The notes under the pieces are model-generated. The model saw only the letters and a program-made list of their open reading frames with translations, ran no database searches and had not been told where the DNA came from. Position numbers and translations under genes: made by a program. Below are positions 50,751 to 64,000 of a DNA stretch of 64,000 nucleotides, one piece after another; within the stretch, counting starts at the first letter, position 1; each line of letters starts with the position of its first letter. The stretch comes from Octopus sinensis (Eukaryota): contig NC_042997.1 of assembly GCF_006345805.1 (NCBI RefSeq), positions 13,144,001 to 13,208,000 on the forward strand, written 5' to 3'.

Positions 50751-52920
50751 AGGGTGGATGTATGTAAATAAAGGAAGAGAGAGAGACAGAGAGGTAAAAG
50801 GAAAGCGAGAGTTATAAGGGGAGAGAAAACAAAGAAGGAAGAAATATACGTCAGAGAAAATGAAAATAAGTAAAAAAAAAAAAAAGAAAAAAAGAGAAAA
50901 AATGAAAAGTAAATGAAGAGAAATATAACATAAAAGAATGAAAAACTATAAAGTATAACACAAAAGACAGTGAAAGAAAATCATAGATGGAATTATTACC
51001 ACAGGGTTTGTTCTGGCTTCATAACGTCTAAAGTCTTATATTGGAAAATCTTACTTCCTATTAAGATATCAGTTAAGCCAGAGGCTGTAGCCTCCCTCTG
51101 GCATTGCAAAGCAATTTTGACTTCTGTAGCAGATAATGGATTGTATGCTAAATGATGTGGACGGGGGCAATCCCTAAAGCAGCTATTAGATGAAGAGAAC
51201 AGAAGAGAAGAAAGAAAAATTAAGAAAGAGGGATAAAAAAAAAAAGTAACAATGAGGAAGGGAGATATAATAATGATAATGATGGGGATGATTTGGAAAA
51301 GAAGGAGCATGAGGAGGAGGAATAGGAGGAGGAGGGAACGAGAAAAAAAAGAAAATTATCTTCATGTACAATATATATATTATTCTGCAAGCATGGCAGA
51401 TCATCTGCAGGATATGTACCCATAAGGTTGTTTCTTAAGAATAGCTAATGTCGTGTGAGAGACATTGAATGAGAACTAGAAAGGCTGTTAGCCATATTAT
51501 ATACACTTTTATCTATTTGCTGTTTGAAGGAAAGAAAGAACTGCGTACTTTTTAGTTCTTTTTACGAGCCAAGAAATTAAAATACATAGGTTTAAGAAAA
51601 GAAAATATTCTATAGATCAAATATGTTAGTCGATAAATAATAATTTTGCTCATCTTTGCGCTTTACATTGTTGCTCAACCACTGCTCTCTCTCTCTCCCT
51701 TCCTTTCTCTTTCTGTTTAACCTTTACTCTCTCATTTCAGTTACCTCTCTACTTAAATATGTATTAGTGATTGTGTGTATAAATAAAGCGGGAGAAAAGA
51801 GGGAGAGGATAGGAATGTAAAGGATATTGCAATTACAATTGACCAACACATGTCTGATCTATAGAATGTATGTGTACGCGTGAGTGTGCGTGCGTGTGTG
51901 TCTGACAGTCTGCATGTATGCCTATATATATGTGTGTGTATGTGTGTTTCTATGTATGTATGTATGTATTTTGTGTGTATGTGTCTTTCTGTACATATAG
52001 GCATAAGTATATCTAAGTATATGCATATTAATTTGAATGTATATATTTATCAATTCATCTATCTTACATAAACACATACACACATATACTCACATGTTTT
52101 TTTTTTTACTCGATGAAAGCCAAAACATAACTCAACCTTACACAAGATGATGCTAGCATCAATTTTAAAATTCATCTAACACCCATTACAATCCGGATCG
52201 AAATATTTTTTAATTATCTTCAAATAACATAACGATGCCTTTCGAATGCCGGTAGAGCTGGAACGTCGTAAGATGCCATTATAAAAAGTTGGCATCCTAT
52301 ATTCTCCGCACCGCCTTTATCCGATTTCACTAAATTTTCGCGATCACAGTTTATTGGATGTTACAAAACTAATAATATATGAAACACGGTAGTCGATGTC
52401 AGAATGTTGTATTTAATTAAATTTCATTATGTTCCAGTTTGAAATATAAACGATGTCCATCTTCCCTTTTATAGTTCCATCTTGATAAATTACACACCAG
52501 TAATGGCGACCGTTTGAATTTACAATACTGTTTCCTTCTCGTATAAAATAGATTTATTGTAAATTGACTCTTATCAACCCACCTTATATTAATAAATAAT
52601 CTAAACTAGGTGCTTGTACACTTGATATAGTATTAAGCAAAATAGATTTGGACGTTTAGGGACAACTCATTATATTCTTTGTGTGAATACGACTGAAGTT
52701 TACTTTGTCTTCGTTCATTTTAGGAACGATAAAATAGTTACCAGCAAATGCGCAGAGCGCAATATAATCGTTTATTTTACGTTCCAAATATATTACATTG
52801 CGTCTAAGTTAGAATTATCATAATATAAGATTGCATATTATCAATATTTATATTTATGGTATTTAATTCTTATTTACATTTGCAAATCACATATACTTTT
52901 CTTTTTTTTATGTATGAATG

Positions 52921-55900
52921 AGCTACTCCGCATCGGTGACCGGAGTGATATTTGATCACTTTATAGTTGTCTGAGTGCCGGTTTGCTCTCTGGAATTGGA
53001 CAGCTTACTTTATGGGCAGGTAAAGGCTCTTTAACCTTGGTTGGTAATCTACCTAAGAGAAGGAAATCTCCGAAATAAAACTTGAGGCCTTGGAAGTTCC
53101 TGGTTTGGTCACTTTTCATGTCATAACGGCGAAAGTCTTCTTGGGCCAGTAGGTGCGGGTAGTGCAATGCAAGCTACGACCACTGAATTTTTTTCATTTG
53201 CACGGGTGCTTCTTGTACACCAAATCATAGTAAAATCATTGAATTGGTTGGTTGGCAAAAACCTAAAAATGCACTTGCAACTTACTTTAAAATGTCTCAA
53301 ACAGATTCAGTAAATGGCAAAAAAAAAGGCTTGAGAACGTCAGGGGAACAGGATTGGCTCGGCAGGTGTTCCAGGGTATGACAGGCTGGGCCCGGTTGTC
53401 ATCCTCTCACTGTGGTCAAACTATCTTCAAGAACAAGTACAAATAAACATCCTTTGAGTTTTGGCTGTTGGAATGTGCGCACACATCTTGATGATAATTT
53501 CAACAAGAGACCAGAAAGACGTACTGCGCTTATTGCATGTGAGCTTAATATTCATTGATATCCTTGCGCTCTCTGAAACTCACCTCTCTGGTGAGGGTCA
53601 AGTAAATGAACCTACTTATGGTTATACTTCCTTTTGGAGAGGCCTGCCTAACAGTCAGTATAGAGAATCTAATGTTGTATTTGTTCTCAAGAATACATTA
53701 GTAACCACCATTGCAGAGCTTCCAAGTGGTATATCTGAACGGACCATGTCATGCTGTATTAAACTGACAAAAGGTAGGTTTCTTACCGTTGTCAGTATTT
53801 ATGCACCGACAATGCCCCATTCTGATGAAACTATAGGACAGTTTTATTATGATCTGCCAACAATTATTGAGGAAAGCACCAATTTCTGACAAGCTGGTCA
53901 TATTGGGAGATTTTAAGGCAAGAGTTGGAAAGGACTATGTTTCATGGCCTGTTCTAGGTCAACATGGGATTGGAAAATGTAATAAAAATGGAGTAGCGCT
54001 TTTCACTTTTTCGTAATGAGAATAATCTGGTTCTCACCAACACTCTGTTTAAGCAGAAAAATAAATATAAACCCTCTGGATGCACCCAAGATCTCAACAC
54101 TGACATCTCATAGATTATATTTTGATCAGAAAACGTGAAATGAAAGACGTTTCTAGCATTCGGACCATGAGAGGAGTAGAGAGCTTATTCATGCATAAAA
54201 AAATCGACAGTCTGGTCCTAAGGTGCCCAAAAAGTTAAATGTTGCAAACTTTCAATTATCAAGCAACTTGCAAACATTCCAAGATGCTATAGAACGTATC
54301 AATCTTGACCCTAACAATCTATGGGAAGATTTCAAAACAAAAGTATTTCAGGCTGCAAGTTTGTCAGTGGGATTTAAATCACGTAAGTCCAGTGACTGGT
54401 TATGAGATAGATCAGCAGAAATTCATGATTTACTTTTAGAATAGAAAAACTTAGGCAATACTCTTCTTTCTCAGTCCTTGAACCCCAACTCAAACGAAGC
54501 TTACAGACACCTGAAAAGGAAAGTGCGGACTGCTCTAAGGAAAATTAAACAGGAAGGGTGGAATGATAGAGCAAAAGGGGCACAAGATGCAGCTGATAGA
54601 AACGATGCCAAGGGTTTGTACTCTTATGTTAAAGAGGTATATGGCCCCAAATCTTCTTCAATAGCTCCAGTGAGAACATCAAATGGACATTTGCTTCTGA
54701 CTGACACTGCTTCTATTCATAAGTGCTGGGTAGAACATTTTTCTGCGCTTTTGAATAGACCATCATCCGCTGACATAAGAACAATACAAAACCAAATCGA
54801 AAACCTTCCAGTATTAGAAGAGATGGCATTTGAACCAACTCTAACTGACAGTTATTTAGCTATGAATAAATTGAATAATAATGTCTCCAGCGTCTGATGG
54901 AAACTTGCAGAAGTCTTGAAATATGGGTGTAAGAAAATGCTTGAACTTTTACATATATTAATTTGTCACTGTTGGAGAACTGAGAAAGTGCCACAAGATT
55001 GGATTGATGCCATTTTAGTCTCCTTGTATAAATCGAGGCCAAAGGATCTGTGTGGTAATTTTCGCGGGATTTCGCTTCACTGCGATTGGCAAGGTACTTT
55101 CCCGCATTTTGTTAGAACGTTTCAATATCTTCATATTTCCAAATATAGTGTCTGAGTCTCAGTGTGGTTTTCGTTCCTCCATGGGCACAGCTGATTGTAT
55201 CTTTACTATAAGATTTGAGCAAAGTATTCGATATTGTTATTCGAAATGCTCTGTGGCTAATTCTAAGGAAAATAGGTTGCCCAGAAACATTTGTAAACAT
55301 GATCAGGGCTTTTGCATCAAGATATGAAAGCTAGAGGTAACTTTGGTGGGAGGCTCTCTGAATCTTTTGCCGTGGAAAATGGAGTAAAGCAAGGAGACCT
55401 TGATGCACCCACCCTCTTTGCAATATACTTTGCTGTTGTGTTGTCACATGCTTTTCAAAACTCTGAGGAGGGTATTTACATAAAATATCGAACAATAGGG
55501 AATATTTTTAATCTGACCAGACTGAAATTCAAAACGAAGGTTTTTACTTCACTCATTAGGTAAATTTTATACGCTGACGATTGTGATCTTGTCAGTCATT
55601 CTGAAACAGATCTGCAATCTGTTGTATCTGCATTTGACTCAGCTTGTGATGATTTTGGATTGACCATCAACTTGATAAAAACAGTTGTAATGCATCAATC
55701 TGCGTGTGGTGCTGTATGTAAACACCATCTAAAATTTTTGTTAAGTGTAACTTACTTGAGGTTGTCGATTCATTCATCTACCTTCGACGTTCTGCACAAA
55801 ATGATGGAAATCTTGATACAGAAATACATCTGCGAATTCAAAGGGTAGCAAAAGCATTTGGTGGCTTGGAGTCACGCGTTTGGTGCCAGCGACATATAAA

Positions 55901-56810
55901 TAACAATACAAAACTGGCTCTTTACAAATCATTTGTCTTACCATTCCTGTCGCATTCTTGTGAAACATGAACTTGTTATGAAAGGCATTTAAAATTGTTA
56001 GAACAATTCCACCAAAAATGCATTTCATCTCATTTTAAACATTAAATGGAGTTCTTTTACTCCAAACACACGCCCTTGCATCTGCAGGCATAACCTCACT
56101 TAAAGCTATGATTTTTAGGAACCAAATAAGATGAAGTGGCCATATTGTTCGAATGGGGGATGAACGCATGCCGAAACTGTTGTTTTATGGTAATCTTGCA
56201 GAGGAGAAACGCTACCAGCGTAAACCGAAAAAGGTTTAGGACGGCATAAAGACTACTATGAGGTCAGTTGGAATGGATCCAGAAGATATAGAAGCTCTTG
56301 CTTCGGTTAGAGTTGAATGGCGAACAACAGTGTGGAGTGGAGTGAAAGCGTTTCAAGAAGCAAGGATAACGCATGTGAGACTCAAAAGAGATCTAAGGAA
56401 GAATGTTACGATCGAGAAGGTGAATGATAATGACATTTTGTGTGCACAGTTTCTGACGGACCATGCCTTTCTTTTGCTGAGTTCAAATCTCATTTGTGAA
56501 CCATGGAAAACGAATCTCCACCAACTATTCTGCCTATGTGTCTGTACACACATTTGAATGCAGTGTATACCAGAAGTTTTGTAAATCTAATGAAGGCCTC
56601 AAAAGACATTTTAAAATCTACAAAGATCAGAACTTATCTGCAGCTCTTGGTGGTTCAAGTCAGATGTGCAATCTATGTGGGTGTCCTTTCAGAACATTGT
56701 CTGATTTAAAAAGCCACATCAGATGCCATGAGGGTCCTAAGGTGTAGGTACAAGTGGTGGTCAAACTCTGCATATGGAATAGACAACCACTTGGTATGTA
56801 TATATGTATG
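52921..56810 (+). mobile_element. Full-length, inactivated RTE-clade LINE with 12-bp TSD
   Basis: 5' UTR agagaaggaaatctc motif; APE FGCWNVRT, RPERRTALIACEL, ALSET, SIYAPT; RT GVKQGD..APTLF, LYADDC; two C-terminal C2H2-like fingers; TSD tatgtatgaatg at 52909-52920 and 56811-56822. Confidence 0.92.
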
Positions 56811-56822
56811 TATGTATGAATG

Positions 56823-57290
56823 TATGTATTATATGTGCAGATTTGAATGTTTTGCTTTATGTATGTATTCTCATGCATATAGTTTCATATCTAGGCATGC
56901 TCATATATTTTAAAATGATAAACTTCTGGAAAGTTTTACAGATTTTTACAGTGATGGATTGGATCTGTAGTCTTTGAATTAGCTTTATTGTTTTTGGTTT
57001 TGAGAAGCCTAATTTCTCAAGATTGGCATTTAAGGCAGTGTGATACATACCTCAGTGTCCCAATAATTACATGTATATACCTTAACTTGTAATCTGGATA
57101 GAGTATCTGCAGATATTTCAATAGATCAGCGTATTCTCTTTTTTCACTGATCTTTAGCTTTATGTTAACATCCACTGGGTAGCTAATTTCCACAACTGTA
57201 CACATTTTCTGTTTTCTGTCCCAAATCATTATATCAGGTTTGTTTTGTAATTACAGATTCTTCTATAACTACAGCTAGAAAGAATTTGCT
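56823..57290 (-). mobile_element. RLE-type LINE 3' end (PD-(D/E)xK nuclease C-terminus)
   Basis: NKPDIMIWDR..CTVVEISYPVDVN..YADLL..VIIGTLRYV..LGFSKPK. Confidence 0.8.
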
Positions 57291-57519
57291 TACTTGTTCA
57301 GCTGTTGTTTTCGTTCTATTGCTTGGTTGTGTCTCTGCATGTTAATTTCAAGTTTCAGTCGAAGATCACTACGATCATGAATAAAAGTCTCCCTCTGTAA
57401 TTCATTTGAAGATTAACCATTATTTAACAAGGCTGATAGTTGTAGCTCCGAAGCTGCAGATAGCAGTCATCGTATTTTCGATAAATAATCGCCCACGCCA
57501 AATACACGACATGTCCCTT

Positions 57520-57665
57520 GTACGTATGTATGTATGTATGTATGTATGTATGTATGTATGTATGTATGTATGTATGTATGTATGTATGTATGTATGCATG
57601 TATGTATGCATGCATGCATACATGTATGTATGCATACAGGTATGTATGCTTGTATGTATGTGTAG
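57520..57665. repeat. (TATG)n microsatellite
   Basis: Direct reading. Confidence 0.95.
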
Positions 57666-58261
57666 CCATATGTAGCATTAATACTCAAATAGCTTTTGAT
57701 TTTCCTATGATAAATATATGCTTAACTAAGATTTTTCCGTTTATATATTTTTCCAGTTATTCCCCATATACAAAAGTGACTGACAAAAAATTACGATCAT
57801 TCTATCTAAAGATAAGAAAAAGCACAGCATAAAAATCGTGGCAAAATAAAATGTTATGGTTTCATGCAGAAATCTCTTGCTGTAACCAAACTTGTTGGCT
57901 AACGTTCAATTTTCAAAATATTGTATACTTAAACCAGCTGAAAAGTTTATTAAGTATAAGAAAATAAGTAGTGCCTCTACCGTTTTCCAATTATTTTGAA
58001 CTGTTGCTAAAACGCATAAAATAAGTGAATGGTTCTACCTTTTTAATGAACAGATTTGATTCATTAAAATAAGATTTAAACAAATATATCGGTGCATTAT
58101 TTTGGTATTTATCAGAATGATGGATAACAAGAAATCTCACACTACTCTAAAAGCAAGAAAGAACATTCTTCTAAATGAGGGAAATAAGTGAGTACCACAT
58201 TTTTGTTTGTCACAGACATGCTTGCTCTCAATGTTAAATGTTTTGCGGTCTGTTTTACAAG

Positions 58262-58450
58262 TTTTCTTTTATTCTTTTACTTGATTCAGTCATTTGACTG
58301 CGGCCACGCTGGAGCACCGGATTGAATAGTTTTAGTCGAACAAATCGACCCCAGGAGTTATTTTTTAAGCCCAGTACTTATTTCGTCTTCTATTTTGTCG
58401 TACTGCTAGATTACGTAGATGTAAATACATCAACAACGGTTGTGCAGCTG
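58262..58450 (-). mobile_element. SINE family A 3' half, old
   Basis: ttcagtcatttgactgcggccacgctggagcacc...aagcccagtactta. Confidence 0.75.
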
Positions 58451-58909
58451 TGGTAAGCTTCTTATCTCCCGACCACGGAAGTGCTATTAAAATAATGTTC
58501 TTTGTCATACATTTAGTTCTGAAAGATATATAAGTGCAAATACGTGATGAAACGATCAATTATTATTAGAATAAGATGTGTCACGTTGGTAACTTGTTTA
58601 CTTCAAAGCCGTTGCAAAGGTATAAAGATTACGTCAGAAGCAATTCCTGCGTATTTTTATCTATCATTCAGTCAGAAAAGAAAAACAAACGCTCAAAACA
58701 GTCTTCAAGGCAACTTATTTTGATTGACGGGTAGGAATGATTGCATGAAAGCGAACACTGTGAGAGGTACCCAAGGTTCAGTTTATGGTTTTTATGTGTA
58801 TAGGCACCAACGATCAAACTATGTTTCTGTACAGCTTCTGTCTTTCAAATGACATTAGTAATACTTGCATTGCTCATAACTTCAACACAGATTTCTTGGT
58901 ACTGATTAT

Positions 58910-59288
58910 GTGGAAGCACTCTGTCGGTTACGACGATGAGGGTTCCGGTTGATCCGAATCAACGGAACAGCCTGCTCGTGAAATTAACGTGTAAGTGGCT
59001 GAGCACTCCACAGACACGTGCACCCTTAACGTAGTTCTCGGGGATATTCAGCGTGACACAGAGAGCGACAAGGCCGGCCCCTTGAAATACAGGTACAACA
59101 GAAACAGGAAGTAAGAGAAAGTTGTGGTGAAAGAGTACAGCAGGGATCACCACCATCCCTTGCCGGAGCTTCGTGGAGCTTTTAGGTGTTTTCGCTCAAT
59201 AAACACTCACAACGCCCGGTCTGGGAATCGAAACCGCGATCCTATGACCGCGAGTCCGCTGCCCTAACCACTGGGCCATTGCGCCTCC
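58910..59288 (-). mobile_element. SINE family D, full length, 10-bp TSD
   Basis: tRNA-like head ggaggcgcaatggcccagtggttagggcagcggactcg...gtttcgattccc; TSD tactgattat at 58900-58909 and 59289-59298. Confidence 0.9.
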
Positions 59289-59334
59289 TACTGATTATAC
59301 ATTGTCCGATTCAACGTATAATTTTGATGGAATA

Positions 59335-60540
59335 AGAAAGTAGGCTGAAAAGTGAATAGGTTGACTGTGAAGGGATGGTACTAGAGTTGTGAAGTCTTGC
59401 ATGCATTAATTTTAACCCTTCTTACAAATAACAGCATTGTTTCTTTCCATATAATCTGATATCTCACTGTTCGAAGAAGACTTCAGATGTAACTAATAAC
59501 GACATCTCTTGAAAATTGACTAAATTTGGCACAGTGGTTTTATGAAGAACAGGCAGAAAAACAGTTAAGCCTCAAAAGACATTCATACTGAACTTATGTG
59601 AAGACGGGAGTCTTGAAGATGATCAATAATCTGGACGTGCTACAAAGTATGGACATCCTATGAGGCATGAATGTACTGCAAGGTATGGACGTCCTACTGC
59701 AACCCGCGAGGTAAACATTGATCGTGTTCCTCGCATGGTGGTAGATAACAGATGATTGACTATAAATCAAATAGCCAATGCTATTAACATATCTCGTGAG
59801 AGAGTTGAGGATTTGGCGTGACGAAAGTGGTTTCTACGTTTTTTGACAGACACCTTATCAAAAGCGGACCAGTCTGATCACATCACGGTAAAAATCTGAT
59901 GTTGTTTGAGGCAGATCTTCGAACGTTTCCTAACCCATGATGAGTGTTGGCTTCATCACTTTGAGCCAGAAAAATTGAAACACTTAATGGTGCGGAAACA
60001 ATCCACCTCACCAGTTCCATAGAAGGAAAGTTAAGGTGATGGTCTCAGCTTTCTTTTATGCAAATGGTTTTGTGTTCATTCAATATCTTCAAAAGTGTCA
60101 CAACATCAATAGAGAGTACTATGCCAACTAGCTGAGGCAATTAGGGAAGGATATCACGATCAACCACCCAGAAAAACTGATGAAAGTATTCTTGTTTTAT
60201 CAGAGCAATGTTCCAGCACACAAGCCCTTGGTTTCTATGGTGTTGTGAGTGTCTGTAGCTTTGAGCTGTTTGATCATTCTCCCTATTCTAATTTGTCCCC
60301 ATTTGACTATAATGTGTGCCCCAACATGAAAAAACACTTGACTGGGAACCAATCGCAGTAAGGATGACGTCATAACTGCTGTTGATAATTCACTTGACCA
60401 ACAGGATGAAAGCCTTTTTATTCATGGGATCCAAGAACTGCAACATCAATGGAAGAATGACTATGTTACAAACTGAACCTCGTAAGTCGCATTCCATGAG
60501 AGCATCTTGATCAACCAATGAGCATTTTAGCCGGTAATCT
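59335..60540 (+). mobile_element. Mariner (irritans/Himar1-like) relic with degenerate TIRs and TA TSD
   Basis: Frameshifted EDD..SGR, FLTHDECWLHHFEPE, KVMVS, TINREYYA, QSN.PAHK, DHSPYS..DY, KHLTG motifs; TIRs about 59335-59364 and 60511-60540. Confidence 0.85.
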
Positions 60541-61186
60541 TAGTTGTACTTAATAATTAATGGCCATAATTTAAGTTGTTTGAGATCGATGTGGTTAAAA
60601 ATGAACAGATATATTTTTCACGTAATCATTAGAATACACTTGAAAGCTTAGCGCTAAAATTTTGTCCGAATTGGGAAATGTTTAATAATCAAAGCAATTA
60701 TACATAGCTCGTCGAAATATGCTGATGTATCCTAGGACAAGTGAACTGAAATAATATTTAAATAATCATTAGATACATGGAAGGATTTGGCATATTTTGG
60801 TGAATTTTGTAGCCAGTAAAGTGTGAGAGAAATCCATATATAAGGCAGTCATCAATATTCCGGTCTAATGACTTACAAAATCGTCATTACTCGGCGTTGT
60901 CTCACTGGACAAAACAATTTGAATTTCTCATTAATTAAAGCTCTTCTTTAATAGATTTCAACACCTTTTGAAGAACAAAGTCCCTCATTAGTAGCAAAAA
61001 AAAAGGTGTGATCTCGTGCTGCAATGTCTCTAATCATAAGTCTATTTAGTTAGGAAAGAGTTTGGTGTAGACAACAAGTTAATGGCGCTGGGGTGGCAGA
61101 ATGTAAATATAGTATTTTCTTTTTAAACATAAGATTATCAACATGGTCTCCAAACAAAATAAAACTCATAAACGTGCTTAATATAA

Positions 61187-63330
61187 CAATGGGCAACACT
61201 TTTTCTTTTTTTTTTTTAGTCTGGTGTCTGGAATATTTTAACCAATTCTTAAGTGATTTTGCATGCTAAATTCAAAAATAACTCAAGATTTTCTCAATCA
61301 TATCTTGTTTTCTGACTAGACTTGATAGAGTAAGTATTTTATTCATACAAGAGACATAAAATATGAATCAATAAAGAGAGCGTAATACAAAACAAAACAA
61401 AGCACAAATAAAAATTCAAAATTGAAAATGTTCATTGGCAAAGATTTTTGGTAGAAAATTCAAGGAATATATTTACGATTTTTTGTGCACCGTGAATGTT
61501 GAGCAACAGGAGTATTTCGTTTTAAACACCAGCAATAGTCTGCCATCATTACAGTTTCCCAACGTCCTTGGTACTGAGTTTCCATCTCCTTGAGATCCTG
61601 ATGGAATTGTTCGCCTTGTTCATCGCTAACATCTCTGAGGTTTCAGGAAAACGATCATGATGACTAAAACGATAATGCATTTTGATGTTCATATTCACGC
61701 CAATACTATGAACAGTTGATATCAAGTTGATAAGAAGGTCTTTATAGAGTACACTTTTGTTTCCCAAGGAAACTTTGCACTTCTGCAAAGACTAGTCAAG
61801 CTGATGCTTTATTTTCTCTCATCGTTTTCTCGAAATTTGTGTCCTTCAAGAGCTTACGGATCTGTGGTCCATCGAAAATACCTGCTTTAAGTTTTTCAAT
61901 CGTCAAGTCTGAAAGTACACTGCAGATGTACTTGAAGCACTCTACAATTTTGTCAAGAGCTATGGCGAATTGCTTGATCAATCCGAGTTTGACTTGCAAA
62001 GTGGGGTAAATGATCTTAGCTCGCTAAACTGAAGGTTCATCCAATATGTTGGTAGCTCTTCATGGAGCCATATTTGTTCGAGGCAGCCGGTCTTTCTTAC
62101 CATAGTGGTTTACTTGGTCTCTACTGTCCCACATGCAAAGAAAGCATTGGTATTTGGCATAACCAGATTGCTACCCCATGAGAAAATTCACCAAGTCAAC
62201 GCAGATGACCCATTTATGATCATGGTACAGCATATTCTCTAACGCCAACTTAATTTCTTCGTAATTTTCCTTCAGAGCTGTTGAGTAGCCGAGTGGGACA
62301 GACCACACACATTTCCGTTGTGCAGCAATACACATTTTAAACTACGCTTAGAGTTGTTTAAGAAAAGACGCAATTTATCTCAATGCCAAGTTTATTAACA
62401 AGCCCACTGACATCTCTGCAGTAAACCAGCTCTACCTCTTTTTTGAAGAAAGAAAGGAACTCTTCATGCCGACTCCGATAACAACTTATACGGACACCAT
62501 TCTCTAGAAGATTCTTCTCTTTCATTTGGGCAGCCAACAGTTCTGCAAAATTTTGGAGGAGGTTCAAGTCACGATCTAGATCATTCAACTTTACCTGGAA
62601 GAATAGCTGATGTAAAGTATCAACTGAAAAATCTTGATCTCTAGTGTCATCTTCAGGTGATGAATCTTCTTTGGTTGAGGGTAATGTTATCTGAGGCAAG
62701 ACATTGACGACAGGAACAGGAATCTCTTCACTGTGTGGAACCGGTCTAATAGCAGAGGCAAAACTAGGATAGGCAAGCGTTTGTCGATTTTTCCGGTTAA
62801 TACTCCTCCTAATTTAGGCTAGAAAATAACAGTCGTTCACGTGATTATAGGACTCCCAATAGCAAACCTCATACTTTTCCTTGTCCCTTTAGTCCATCGT
62901 TGCAAGTGTTCCGTACATTGCAGACATTATGCAACGCCCAATATTTATCTTGGTCTCCCAGCTTGACCCCAAAATATTCCATATACACTCTTTCAAAAAA
63001 TCAGTGATGTTTTTTCGATTTTCAGGTAACGTGTATTATCCACAAACACAATAAAACACATTTGAAGAATTAACGCAAAACTTTCCTGAAGAAGACATCT
63101 TGCTAATTTTTGTTGCTTAGTTCACCACAACATCCAAAAAGTATGGAGAAAGAAAAAAAAACTTAGAATTAGATTAAGGTAAGGAGTACTGCGTATAGTG
63201 ACTATAGGGATGTTCAATAACTTAAAAGCTAGATGTGATAGGTCAAAAAGGTTATATTTGGATTCAGGAGACCGATTTTGTATAGGAATGATGTCTATTT
63301 CTTAAACACCAAAAACCTTGTAGACCAGTG
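61187..63330 (-). mobile_element. Chapaev3 (CMC) DNA transposon relic
   Basis: Chapa-like finger FYCVCG.YT..R..IT..YFGVKLGDQDK.W; NH.NDCYF; LNDLDRDLNL; KLGLIKQF..KLKAGIFDGPQIRKL; termini CACTGG (63330 end) and ca(a)tggg (61187 end). Confidence 0.8.
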
Positions 63331-64000
63331 TAGTGAATCATTCACATAATTTTAAAAGGAATTTGTTTGATTTTATTTTTGCGAGGAAATTTAAAATCCT
63401 ACTGATTTATTATTTGTCTATCTTGTTAAATGCTAATATAAGTATACTGTTAAATGTATTTATCTGTTTGACAGGGATTTTTTTTCGTCAGAAATCTTCA
63501 GTATAGAAGATATTCTGTAATACCAGTGATGTAACGAAAACAGACATTTCTTTGACTGCGTCCAGCCTGTAACCTCAAAGTGCAGTCACTCACAATCGTT
63601 TGTTGCTGAACAGATTTCGCAACAGAAACGCGTAATATATCAGATTTGATTTCTTATTAACATCAAATGAACAAAGAAAGATATTGTTGCCTTTCAACAA
63701 TATCTTTATGTATATAAAACAAGAAACAATCATGCTAGTATCCTTTAAACCTGAAAAATCAAAATCGTAAAAGCCTCACTCGCAGGCTTTAACGTGTAAC
63801 GACGATTACGAATGATATCGTTATTCTTTTCTCGCCTACAACGTCGTAAAGATGAAGGCATTTGTTCTTTAAAATTCTTACTGTCTTGAGCTATGTAACA
63901 AAAGAAACAGCTTGTCTACTCGTTAAGACTTTGAAGGTACATACATACAACCACGCACACGCATACACCCACATATGCATACATATGTATGTATATATAT

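Noticed and set aside
59200-59288. tRNA-like cloverleaf heads (also 25649, 30541, 46919)
   Set aside because: Each continues into a multicopy SINE body, some with TSDs; SINE heads rather than tRNA genes

Overview
AT-rich, repeat-saturated eukaryotic DNA, intergenic or deep intronic. The SINE families, R4/Dong, RTE and Penelope content and dense (TA)n/(CA)n/(TATG)n arrays fit an octopod cephalopod genome (inference from recalled repeat families, not a database hit). No host protein-coding gene is supportable. Most ORFs in the track are microsatellite read-throughs; the rest are dead transposon fragments. Elements found: a CR1/L2-group LINE with a CCCH-finger ORF1 (1-1458), two non-autonomous Helitrons, many tRNA-headed SINEs, three R4/Dong-type LINE copies (one full length), a Penelope-like element with inverted termini (36430-37811), a full-length RTE LINE with a 12-bp TSD (52921-56810), two RLE-LINE 3' ends, an irritans-type mariner and a Chapaev3 relic. 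Two signals stand out. (1) At least 8 minimal type-I hammerhead-like motifs from several short Penelope-type tail families, mostly about 90-150 nt upstream of a microsatellite, including core variants (U4C, A6U) and one copy locked by a 22-bp antisense inversion. (2) A 144-nt hairpin (29504-29647) whose only true mismatches are three symmetric CGAG/CGAG tandem G.A pairs, capped by the GCGAAAGC mini-hairpin. All alignments and folds were done by eye; coordinates of degraded elements are approximate.
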